Assembly (NCBI GenBank): GCA_010909165.1
Contig: MU008172.1
Coordinates: forward strand, 744,001 to 808,000
DNA length: 64,000 nucleotides
Origin: Anthoceros angustus
Taxonomy: Eukaryota; Plantae; Anthocerotophyta
Reading direction: 5' to 3'
Position numbers and translations under genes: made by a program. The notes beneath the pieces are model-generated. The model had not been told where the DNA came from. It saw only the letters and a program-made list of their open reading frames with translations, and did not search any database. Each line of letters begins with the position of its first letter. Position 1 is the stretch's first letter. This document shows, piece after piece, positions 11,020 through 22,343 of this stretch.

Positions 11020-13564
11020 CTATCCGTCATCAGCCTCATCAGCTTCCTCCGCATGCTGATCATCTTCTGCATCAGAGCGCCCTCCACCATCTCCTGCAGG
11101 ACCATCGGACTCCGCTCTTCCATCACCAGCCGTATCCTCCTCATCATCACTCTCACCACGATTATTTTGACTATGTTCCTTATGAGGTCTCTCCTCCTTG
11201 TCTTGTCCCATCGACTGGGAGGGGGCATGGCCACCATCATCTATACAGAAAGACAACAGTAAGACATTCACTACCTTCCGGTCGAGAACCAGCAGAAAAC
11301 ACATGTTATCAGGCTCCAATTAGGATATCACTTTCTAAACACACATGATATGAAATAGGCACAACCTTAAGTCACATTAGTTGGGATGTCTTCAGCATGT
11401 AAGCAGACACTAATTAACTGGTACTAACCACTTTCACCTCCATCTGAGGAGTCTCCCATTTCCGCCAGTTGCCTCCGTACTTGAGTCTCATACATCTGTA
11501 CAACCTCACGTTTTAAGAAAACCAATTTTGAACACAAGACCCGAGTGGTTCCTAAAATTTTACCAGGCACAAACAATCGTTTCCCTCCTATCTGTCCAGG
11601 TCCAACTAATGACAAAATGCTTGTGATCAGCACCTGAATTTGCCTTTTGACTGTCTCGAGAGCAATGACATCAGGAGCGTGGTCGACCTGTCAGTCAGTG
11701 GGAGAAAATACAACTTACAAGCACGTCCACAATGGCAGCTAGCTTAACTGTCAAGCCCCTGACAAAGCAGTGAAACCGTAAAAGATCTTCCAAGCAGTGC
11801 ACAGACCTCTTTCTCAAGTGCCTCCATAGGTATTTCAGACTGCCTGGACCCTTTCCGGTCTGAACCATTTTCAGCAGCATCAGCTGCTCCTGTCCCTGGT
11901 CGTCCTGGAGCATCATGAGTAGCCAATTTCTCACCAGATAAGGAGGGAGCTCGTGCACCTCTTCCTCTTCCAAGGCCAGATGGCACGACACTAGCTGCCC
12001 TCTTAACCCCACGCCCTGTCCCACCTCGATCACCTGACGGTGCATCTAATTGAGCCCCCTTTGACCCCGCAACAGGCACCAGGGGAGCATCTACCCACTT
12101 GAGATTGCCTGGACCCACCTGCACGACCACTAGTCAAATACGCCGAACAAGATAGACCAGCATTATCAGAGTGGGGGCATTGCATACAATGCAGTGCAAC
12201 AGGGTGGGGTGGGGTGGGGTGGGAGGGAGGGGAGGGGTTGGGAGGAAGTTTTAGGGAGAAGGAGAGTTTGGGGGAAGGGATAAGCGCGCCAGGAAAAGGG
12301 GAAGCAGTTGGGAGAAAGGGGGCACCTCATGCAAATTGACCCATTCCCACGTCTCCTCGGGAGTGTTCATGTCATAAGTAAGTGCATGTTTCTTCTGCTC
12401 ATGGCCATCACAGATTCAAGGAATGGTAACCAATCAATAAAATGCGTTGACTCAGCGTGAGCAGATGCTGGGCTCTGTAGAAGAGACAAGACAAGCACCT
12501 CTTGAGGATCGTAGTTGGTTATAACGCCTTCGTAGAACTTGTTATCCTCAGGCCAGCGTGTCTTCACCCTCCGTCCAATGCATGCCTCATCTGGTGCAGT
12601 GCCAGCAGCCCTATTTGAAGCAGTTGGTCCCGTGCCATGCGATGGTCCCGGAGAAACTTTGGATGGAGCAGCTGCTGGATGGCGTCCCTGCGAGACAAAG
12701 GACAAGTTTTACAGCCCGGTAGGACACAGACGGACGGCGTTGAGGAGTTGCAAGGTGAGAGGAGGCGGAGACAATACCGCCTTGCTCTTCTTGCCCCGTA
12801 GACCCACGGACCGCTTTCCTGGGGTAGGAGAGGGCAAGGATGATTGAGAGCCCGGTACCTTGGGTACCTGCAGAGAGGCCAGTGCAGAAGACGGTTGTGA
12901 ACCATGACCTGTCTTTTGCTTCTTGCGTGCCACGGCTGGATCGTGGTGCGGTGTGATGGTAGAAGCGGGTGCCGGGAGGTCGGAGGCCCTGGATTCCCTG
13001 GACCGCCCACCCAGCCAAAGCACACATAAGCACAGGGCAGGCAGCAGGGCAGTGGCAGAAAACAAGAGACTGGCTCCGGCAGCAAGCAGAACCCAACCTT
13101 ATTTGCCTCAGGTTGACATCGCAGCGCACTTTGTGCAAGACGTCCCGATGATCGCCGTCCGCAACCCTTAGCTCCTTGCGCAGATCGGACATGAGCTGCT
13201 CTTTCTCCTGCACGACCACAACGGGGCACGGAGCAGGGCATCAGGGAAGGCCTGTCGGCGAGGAGGGGAAGGCGGTGGCCAGTACACCTACCCATGAGAT
13301 GGCCTCCGACTGCGCCCCGAAGGCCCGCACCACCATGGTGTAGGCGTCGAACTCCAGCTTCTTGAGCTGGTTCTCGGCCTGGATGGCGGCGGGGTTGGAG
13401 CGGCCATGGTGGAAGGCCGTCTGCGCAGCCTGCGTGGGTACCCTGCCGTTGCTGCTGCCGGTGCGGCCCCCGCGCGTGACACGGGAGGAGGGCAGGGACT
13501 GGTGTTGGTGCTGGGGGGGTAGGTCGTCGTCGGTTCCGGAGTCCTGGTCCATCATCCCTGGCAT
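11020..13564 (-). CDS. EML: EMSY-LIKE chromatin reader (ENT + Agenet/Tudor domain); about 9 exons
   Basis: DSGTDDDLPP N-terminus. ENT: LEFDAYTMVVRAFGAQSEAISW|EKEQLMSDLRKELRVADGDHRDVL. Tudor: IGRRVKTRWPEDNKFYEGVITNYDP...YDMNTPEETWEWVNL. Later exons VDHAPDVIALETVKRQIQ and MYETQVRRQLAEMGDSSDGGES, then an acidic tail. Start may be 13564, 13555 or 13552. Confidence 0.92.
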
Positions 13565-13659
13565 TCCCCCTGCCAGAGAGCGGCTCTCATGGATGCGTCC
13601 AGCTCGCCTGCGGCCGCTTCTCTTCTCTTCGCTTGGCGCTACCTTGCCTTCGCCTTACC

Positions 13660-13880
13660 AGGCCCCGGCCCCGGCCCCGGCCTCGGCCTAGACCTGGGCC
13701 CGTCCCTGGCCTCGGCTCGGCTTTTCCTGCCTTGCCTTGCCTTGCCTTGCCTTGCCCTGCCCCTGCTCCTGCCCCTGCCCCTGCCTCTGCCCCTGCCCCT
13801 GCCTTTGCTTCTCCCGTTTGCTCGTTACAATGTCCGGCGCTGCGCCCCCTGCTTCTCCTCCTCCTCCTCCTCCTCCCCCT
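13660..13880. repeat. Low-complexity compound repeats (GGCCCC, CCTTG, CCTGCC, CCT) upstream of EML
   Basis: Directly visible; these explain the spurious overlapping ORFs at 13587-14217. Confidence 0.85.
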
Positions 13881-14545
13881 TACGCTCCTTTCACTCAATG
13901 CCTCGCCTTGCCTTAACTGCCAGCGTCTGCTGCCGCTGCCGCTGCCGCATACCCATGCTAGCTCCCACACCACTGCCTTCGCCTCCCACTGCTCCCCGCA
14001 AGCCTCCACCCCGTGCCGGTGCCGTGCCGTGAATTTGAGTTCCCGTTTTTTATTTTCAACTTCTCTCCCCAAACTTAAATCAAGATTTTGTCGACACATT
14101 CTAAAAGATTCTACTGTGGCCGTTCAAGCTCCCATTCCGACCAGTTCATGCACACATTTCTTTTTGAGTGAAATTGATCGGGTTCATGAACACATTTCTG
14201 TCCACACCGTGACATAGGTTATATTAATATTTAATAATAAAGAAAACATAAGTATTCTAATCACTTATGCATAAAGCAATACTTAAACCATTTTACGTTT
14301 TCCATACAGCTCGATCCTAACAGGGTGCATGGATTTCATTTTCGAGTCCAATGGCTCTCTCTCATGATATCCATTGGATACAACATTTTATAAATGCATT
14401 TTTATTCAAGTATTATGTAATAGTTATTAGTATTGATTTTTTTATCATTTTTTCTATTCAATACATATGTGGCCTATTAATGATTTTTTCTGCATTCTCA
14501 TATGGTTCGAAAAATAAAAACCTACTTGTTGTGACGATCACTAAT

Positions 14546-14600
14546 TTCCAACCTCCTAGAGGCACACTTCCTTTCCAACCTCCTAGAGGCACACTTCCTA
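14546..14600. repeat. Two-copy 27-bp tandem repeat
   Basis: ttccaacctcctagaggcacacttcct twice. Confidence 0.9.
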
Positions 14601-14745
14601 GGGCAATCGTGAGGAAGGGGTGAAGGATAGCTGTCCCAAGCCTCTCTTCACATCTTCTAGGAGTAGTTGATTCTTTTACACTTGTGTGGTGAGCAATGGC
14701 GAGAAATATGAAGGTTAGAGATAAGCCACCGGTTGCTATAACCGG

Positions 14746-15820
14746 CTATCTTGCAAGGGAGCTCTTACTTTTTGGTTCAGCGGGTGGTGCCTCCTCCATA
14801 TCGTCATCAAACGCATAATAAGCCATTGCTTCCTCAGACAACGAGGATAACTCCGCTATTAAAGGATAATGAACACTCTTGCTGAACACAGGGCACTGTT
14901 GAGACATTGCCATCCTTTGTGCAGGAAACCTTCTTGGATTTTCAGCAAATGATGCTAATGACTGCAGGCTCCTCACAGCGCCAGAAGCGGAAGACATGGA
15001 CGCTCCCATCTCCTCATCGTGACTGGACAAAGAGTTCTCATATGTTGGTGTAATCTAATTTTGAACGGACATTGTTGCTGCAGGGGCTACACGCTTGTTG
15101 AGCATCGATGTTGTTTCCACTTCCAAGATGGCAATCATAGCAGCAACCACAGCATCCTATACTAGTGGCTGCTCCACCTCTATGGACCGTGCATCAGCTG
15201 ACGTCTTTCTACGCGCCCTTGGCCACATATAATTTGGATGATAAACGCCAGCAGGTGCGTCATGACGGTCAGCCACAGGTGTAGGTGTAAGGATGGAACA
15301 CGATAATTTTGCAAGGGGGGGAATATACATGATGGGGGTTTTGTGCATTTTATCCTTTGAAGAGGGTTTCCGGTGGGTCTAAATCTAGCTTTTCGTGGCA
15401 TATTAAGAAAATTTACCACAAAATCATGGTCTCACACCTTTGGTCGCATTGTTTTCGTGAACACCAGTGGCCTGTGCAGGGTGAAGGCTTTCCACAATAC
15501 AATGATTTATGGCATAATTGAACCCATGTGGTTGACCATTGCTGCCGGGGATATGCACGTCATTCCGATCCTTGAACAAGGGCACTATGTAAGAACACCA
15601 AAAGCGGTACCTGTGTGGTTGTTTATATATACTACCCATTGGGTGTGTACCTGGGTGTGCAGCGAAAGGGTGGCAGCCGACCGGCGCCCTTTCGGTGTAT
15701 ACTCATGTTTTAGGGTTTAGGTCACAGTTCCGTGCCATCCTATTCACCTTGCAAGTAGAGTGTGCGCACTGTCGTGGGCCAATTTGGTTGAGTAAACGAA
15801 GACATTGGATTTCAAATTAA
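14746..15820 (-). pseudogene. Stop-interrupted protein-like reading frames, probably transposon-derived; family not recognised
   Basis: Consecutive minus-strand segments (15424-15639, 15157-15348, 14746-15030) read as plausible peptide separated by stops, in a GC-moderate block inside an AT-rich gene-free island. Confidence 0.35.
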
Positions 15821-17639
15821 TATTCAAATGGAACCCTCTTCAATAAGCACCTTCGTTCTGGACTTTTTACCATCCCTCACATAGTTGTTTCAAGCAACAG
15901 AATGCCGCAAGACCATAAGCGGAAGGTCGGGTTACCCTATTCATTGTACTAGATCAATGCAGAATGACGCACTGCGAAGTTCCCTTGAAGAAAATGACCG
16001 CCATTTGTGGGGAACAAAGAGGACTTGGACTGCATGCACACGATTTCATTACGATACAAAATAGCCGGGGAAACGATGGGCGAACTATTTAAATTGAGTC
16101 GATTTGTCCTTCTAGAGTTAAGAGTAGTAACTCTTGCCTCGATTGCAATGCTTGCCTTGATTGTCACCTTTAACCTTGATTATATCTGGTTTTCGATGTC
16201 TAATGAAATGACAGGTTTAATAAATGGCTAGAGATATAGGGTTATTCCCAATAGTATACTACCTTGAAAGAATTACAAACAAAAAACACCTCACCCTATG
16301 TTCCATTGTGTGGGAAAGTATGAGCATACCACCTATTTGGGATTTATACAGCGGCGTTTCTTGTGCCTAAATCCCGGAGAGTGGCTCTACCGATTCTATA
16401 CAAAACATGGACATTATTCAATAACCCTATCCTTGCAATGAGAGTATTATGTAGACATATTTGCAACTTCCGACCTCCACTATGTATCTTAGCAATCTTG
16501 GGTGTTAGGTGCTACTCATAGCATTGCAATTTTTTAATGATAAAATACATTACTAATTAGGATACTATTCCTTAGGACACCTAGAAATCCCTTGAATTAA
16601 GTAATATTTAATTTTTAGGGCTAGAAGTAGTTATTTTACTTTATGGTGATTGCAACTACCTACAACCACCTCTACCTTTTAATACTTCTACATTCTTTCA
16701 ATACAATTAATGCTAGAAACTCTTTGCGCAAGTGTCTGATTCTCATCATGATATCATAGCCTATCCAAACCATATGGATCCTAGTTTTTAGGCATATATA
16801 ACTCTCAAGTACATGTGAATCTCTTTTTTCCCCTAGACATATTAAGTATGCTGATATTATGTGGGGTAGAAACTCTCATTATAGGAGTCCCTACACATTT
16901 ATTAGTTCCCGCTAAAAATAAACTTAGTAAATTAACATATAGCAGAGGAGAAATAAGAAATGCATATATTGTTAGCGATTATGTTAAGAACTTATCAGCC
17001 ATAGTAGCTTCTACTTGTAATTTCAGCTTCCCTTCATTATCCTCTTTTCTTTCCGGGAAAAAGCCTAACCACTCATGCCCCATATTTGCCACATGGCTAC
17101 AAATTGTTAGTTTATCATATCCTTGTCACAATCCTCTCCATCATAGACCACGCAAAGAAACAGACCATTCACCAGCTCTTGAAGCTTTTTAGCTGCAAAG
17201 AGATCAACACATATATGAGTTCGGAGACATCGTTCTCTCTACCTTGGAATTCCCTCGCAGATATCTTGAGAGTCACAGGGCCAACATTTTGATAGGCTCC
17301 CAAATACATATCTCATTGTGGAAGGTCGCTCAATAAAGCTTCCTCAAGCAAGGCTTCATCAGGGACATGCAGAGGTAATGTTGTCTCTTCCACCTCGATT
17401 CTCGAATACTATTTACAAGGGCAGTGTAAAGCTAACCCGATGCTATTTTCCACAATCACAGCAATCTCCTCTTGGTCTACCCAGAAAGCTTCCCACCATT
17501 TGTACTCATCCGTTGTCACACACGCCCTTCAACCAGAAAGACCCTTCTTCAAATGAGCAACTCCTTCTGTTGACCGCACCCCCGCTTGGGATCCTTTTTT
17601 GTCCCGTACCCGTAATGCCATAAAAGGTGCTGCAATGAT

Positions 17640-17911
17640 GCCGGCGTTATATAAACCCCATGTTGAGAACTATAGTATGTTGTGATCTTGCAAACTCTCA
17701 TTGTAAAAGCTCCTACAGAGTGCCACGTTGTCAAAATACAACATAAAAAAATACCCCATGTTGTAAAACATCAAAAAAATATTGTAAAGTATTAAAAATC
17801 TAGACAAAAATAATACATGAGCTGCAAACCACCGTTGTAAAACGACAGACGTCTAAAAACCCTCTCTCTCTAGTCTTGAAGGGATAGTAAAGTACTGGTT
17901 TTCTAGTAGTG
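17640..17911. mobile_element. Probable CACTA (En/Spm) transposon terminus with subterminal repeats
   Basis: ttttctagtagtg ending at 17911 is the reverse complement of CACTACTAGAAAA. It is preceded by repeated (C/A)(G/T)TTGTAAAA-like motifs (about 17700, 17760, 17780, 17835). The partner TIR was not found. Confidence 0.55.
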
Positions 17912-18019
17912 ACGGGAGGTCGGTAATTGCTTATGACACTGTAGTGAAAAAGCAGGTCTACCCCTCCCAACAAGGGGTTGAGGGTCGTCCATGCCAGAGG
18001 AGTGTAACCAAAGATGATT

Positions 18020-18123
18020 ATAGAGGCAGGTTGCTCCAAGCCATTCTTAGGATTAGTCTTGACATTCCCTGATCACTCACACTCATCTTGATCAGCAATT
18101 CAGCCTCGAGGGTTATTGCCCAA
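18020..18123. repeat. Dispersed repeat copy B (see 10546-10693)
   Basis: Direct sequence similarity to 10546-10693. Confidence 0.85.
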
Positions 18124-20350
18124 ACATGCAAATATGAAGGTTATCCTCTTAGCAAATGGCCTCGAAATTGCAAAATCGATTTCGCTCTTTATGCTATCAT
18201 AGTCTAAAATAAAGAATTATAATTTGGAATGAGGAAGGGCCTAGTTACCACCGAAGAGATAAGTAGGCCCATCCACCATGAAAATATTTTCCCTATTGGT
18301 GATGCTCTAGAGATAGACCATTAAAGGTCACGCGAGAACCATTGCGAAAACTTGAGGACTACAACGACCTACTAGTACCAACTACATCCAAGCCCCTCTC
18401 AATATCTAGCTTGCTAGAATCAATTTAGGGCCTATTTGGGTACCCACGTACTACTAAGTACCCGAATACCTGGCCTATTATGCGCTTGAGTACCATATGC
18501 TGCTTTTGATTCCTTCTAAATATCTAAAGGTACTTACCCAACCCTGTGATCTCTACCAACAATCCGCCAAAATCTTTTGAAGGGGAGCTTGCACCTGGAT
18601 AAATGGCTAAAATCTGCAAGATCTACGCAGAGCCTGATTGGGATAGAAAAGGAACCCGTGCCTCCAGTCGTGTGCCTGCACATGTAGACGGGAGGGTAGC
18701 TCTCTAGATGCAAAAGCGGGCCTTAAGATGGACCGAGCACATGATGGAAGCGCTGGTCCTCATATGTGTGAGGACGCAGCCTCATGCGTGCCTCTATTTG
18801 TGGGGCCCCATCCCCATCTGCCAAAGTAGGTTGGGGGTGTTCTTTCTTGAATGTATGTGCGTGTAGGTTGGGACCGCGCCTCCATCTTCAAACTCGTTTT
18901 CAAACATGTCCTTGCATTTCTAAAGCATCAAGCTTGTGACACAAAGCATAAGAATTAGAAGTCGTCTCTGAAGCAACAAGCTTGCTCTATTGTGACACAA
19001 AGCCTAAGACTAGGAAACGACATAGAACTTGGAGGATTGTTTGGAAGCGCCTTTGCTCCCCCTTGTAGAAAAACAAGAGCCCATCTGTTCCCGGCGTCCA
19101 CCTCGTTCCAATTCTTCCCGGGAATATATTGTTCTCACCTAGGCGCATAGAGACAAGCATAGTCACCACACCAGAGTGGTCATGCAAAGGCGAGAATTGG
19201 CACACTTTACATTTATTTCTTTGTGATGGATAGGCGAGGATCTATTTCTACATGTCTACAATATGTTATAATGTGCTCAATTTCCTCCCGTGGGAAAACT
19301 TGGGATAAACTCTGTCCCTGTCCTCAAGACAATAATCTCTCAAGTTAAATTAAGTCCTGGCCAAAGCAATGTAATTGCCCATCAACTTCCCTAATCTAGT
19401 GCAGCTTCGGTGCTTAGTCATTCGTGAATTTGAGTGTCTTGTGCCTAAGACGTCTCCTATATGCTAACATCCTTATATTTCTTTCATGATGATGTTCACA
19501 CTGTCCTATCTTTTATTATTGTGGCAACCAATGTAACCATGTCGAAAGAAAAATGAAGATTTCAAATTCATACAAAAGACGACTCAACACGCAGGACACT
19601 TTGAGAAGTTATTGGTTAACGGTGGTATGAATGTACTATGTTTTTAGTTCTTTGCATATGTAGTTACTAGAATGAGCTTATCTCTTAAATAACTCTACAA
19701 TCTTTCCCATAAAAATGCTCAACGATTTTTTCTTTGTCAAATTTTGATCATTAGATTCCCAAAAAGTAATCACATACTCCTTTCCGCAAGGACTTTCCAT
19801 GACACCCCCATCATAAAAAATGCTCATAAAACAGTAACATATCAACTCCGTTCTTCCTTTTCGGTGTTAAAACTTTTGATTATTAATTATGAGAAACGTG
19901 CAACAAACAAACTCCCTCGTCGTAGAACAAGCACAATTAGACTTTCAAAGATGCACTTCAGAAGCTTCCGCCAGCTCACTGTCATCCAGGTTACATCACG
20001 TCAAAATCTCAATTTCGAGTAATCCTGCGTTAAACGCTACCTAAAGTATTGTTCACTGCTGTTTGGGCTTTCTGCCCATGCGAAATACTAGATTGGTTAT
20101 CTGGAAGTCGCCTGACTTCCAAGCTGCTCTCCTTTAGCTCCATCTGCAGCCAAGAAAAAGCAAGTCACTGAAAACTTCGACTGGGAGGGCACTGCCTCTT
20201 TTTCTTTTCAAAAGGGTTGTTTCATGATCGAAGGTTAACAGTAATTTCTCTGTAAACTGGTTTGCGAATAGAGATCAGACTGTGGGCAGAACGGAAAACC
20301 CGACATCTCTCTGGCCTCACAAGCCCAGGCAACAGCAGTCAACAGGCCTG

Positions 20351-22025
20351 TCATGTTTTGGCTTCACCTGTCAGTTTCAACTTTATCACAGCAAGCTCCT
20401 GCTCGACATACTCTCCTGCAACCGTGGCGGGATACAGGGGTGCCAAGGGGCTTTCAGCGAAGTGGCCAAGAGGTTGCAATATGGCGTCAGAGGCAATGTG
20501 CCCAAACACCTGCACAAAACTGGCATGTAAGGAGAGTCTGAGAACATCATTCTCCAGGTGGTTGTTGCAGCACTAGCTAAACCTTACCGTGGAAGAAACT
20601 CTCCAAAGGCTCTTCCCAGATTCTTTTGCAGCATTGACAGCTTTAATCGTCTTACTACTCACAGCCACCTCGTGCATTCCGGCTCTGCACTCTCCACCGG
20701 TTAGCCACTCCAGCTGCCATGTGCAGGCTTGTCAGTACAAGCTCAGGAGCACACAGATTATAATTTACGTGGCTTTGCACGACATAGACCCAGGAATCTC
20801 CCGAATTGACCAACAGCTTTGGTACATATTCCGGAATGCAGTTGACTTCCATGAACAAACCAGCCTGTACCTGTTTTCCAGCTTGGAGGAGGAGGCAGCC
20901 AGAAGGAACATTCACGTTAAGTTTCCGGCCATCCCTCAGCCATATGAAGAGCCCCGGAAATCGACTTCGACCATGGATGCTGAGGAAGTTGAGGTCATAA
21001 TGGTATCCTGCAAAAACGTTTCCTTCTTCGCTATATCGTGAAAGATCACTACCTGTAGGAGCCAGCAAATGTGGTCCCTGCAAGCCTTGGCATGGAAATG
21101 TGTCAAACCTAATAATCTAAGAACCCTCTCTCAATCATCAAGCTGCTATCGCGAAGCTGCGGACTTGCCTGTGACATGAGGGATGTAAATGCTGACTTCG
21201 AAAGACCGAAGCCCAGGGCAGCCATCTCTGCAACCACCTGATCAAGTACAAGTTTTGATTCCCTTGCTATCCATCAGATGCAGCCAGAAGAGTGAAAGTA
21301 CTACCTCCACTGCTGCTATCATTTTATGACCCCATTCATTCATGACTTCAGTCCACTCTGGGAAGCCCTCCGGCACCACAGGCTCAGCGTTTAGTTCCTG
21401 GACAAAGCCCCAGCCCCACGTCCCTGAGTAAGAATTGACATATCGGACAGGATGCTGCTGTTCCAGTAGGCATCCCCGGTTTCTTCCTCACCTGGAATCG
21501 TGTAATAGTAGGGCGGGGACCAACCCTCCACATGTAACGCCATTTGGGATCAGGCCCTGAAGGTAGCTGAGGACGGAAATCTAAAGGCATCTGCTGAATC
21601 TGGGCCTGGAGCTCCGGGTCCACTGCACATCGCGGCAACTCAACCCCTTCTGGTGTCACTCCTACCTATGACATCCGCTGGAATCAGAAGAGAAATCTTG
21701 TGGGCATGTGCCTGCTTGAGAATCTCCGTTACTTTCAGTGCAGGTGTGAAGAACAAACCTGGTAATGCAGATGAGGTCGCTCCTGTTGCCGTTTAAATTC
21801 TTCGGTCTGGCCAAAATAGCGCTCCATCATGTCAATGAACCTATCATTGTCCTCGCATGAGCATCGTGGGTCCCGGATGACCAGTGCCCCATGCTCCCTC
21901 AGGCAAACTGCTGCCTCCTCACACAGTTGCCTCACATGGGACGGGCAATCATCTGCTGTTGCATAGTCTGGCAGCAGCGGGGAGCACTTCAGGTACGGCT
22001 CCAGCTCGATCACAGGCAGCTCCAT
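20351..22025 (-). CDS. 2-oxoglutarate/Fe(II)-dependent dioxygenase superfamily protein; 7 exons
   Basis: MELPVIEL..., GALVIRDPR, YQVGVTPEGVE, DPKWRYMWRVG, GPHLLAPTGSDL, FAGYHYDLNFLSIHGRSRFPGL (HxD), LLQAGKQLEWLTGG...AGMHEV (distal His), WRVSST (RxS). Stop at 20351-20353. Confidence 0.92.
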
Positions 22026-22080
22026 CGCTGGAATCCTGCAGAAAGAAACAACCCGATGCCGGAATCAAGCACTGAGTAAG

Positions 22081-22182
22081 CACTGACTAATATGGAGGGA
22101 AGACATGCGTCGCACTTCCCGACTTTGTCCCACTGACTAGTATGGAGGGAAGACATGTGTAGCACTTCCCGACTTTGTCCAC
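22081..22182. repeat. Two-copy 50-bp tandem repeat in the short divergent intergenic region
   Basis: cactgacta.tatggagggaagacatg.gt.gcacttcccgactttgtcc at 22081 and 22131. Confidence 0.92.
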
Positions 22183-22343
22183 GATGCTCTTTAAACTGCG
22201 ACCCTACATAATTACGCAATTTGATCCACTCAATTCTGGATGCGCCGGGAATCACAATTTCCACTCCTCCTAGTACACTGTCTACGTTCTTACACGCAGC
22301 TCTGCCCGCCTGTTGTTTTGCTGCGTGAAAGCGATTTGCTGTC

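Noticed and set aside
13587-14217. Pro/Ala/Leu-rich ORFs
   Set aside because: Translations of low-complexity GC-rich repeats upstream of EML
15709-15722. TTTAGGGTTTAGG interstitial telomere repeat
   Set aside because: Fewer than two full units; such telo-box-like motifs are common
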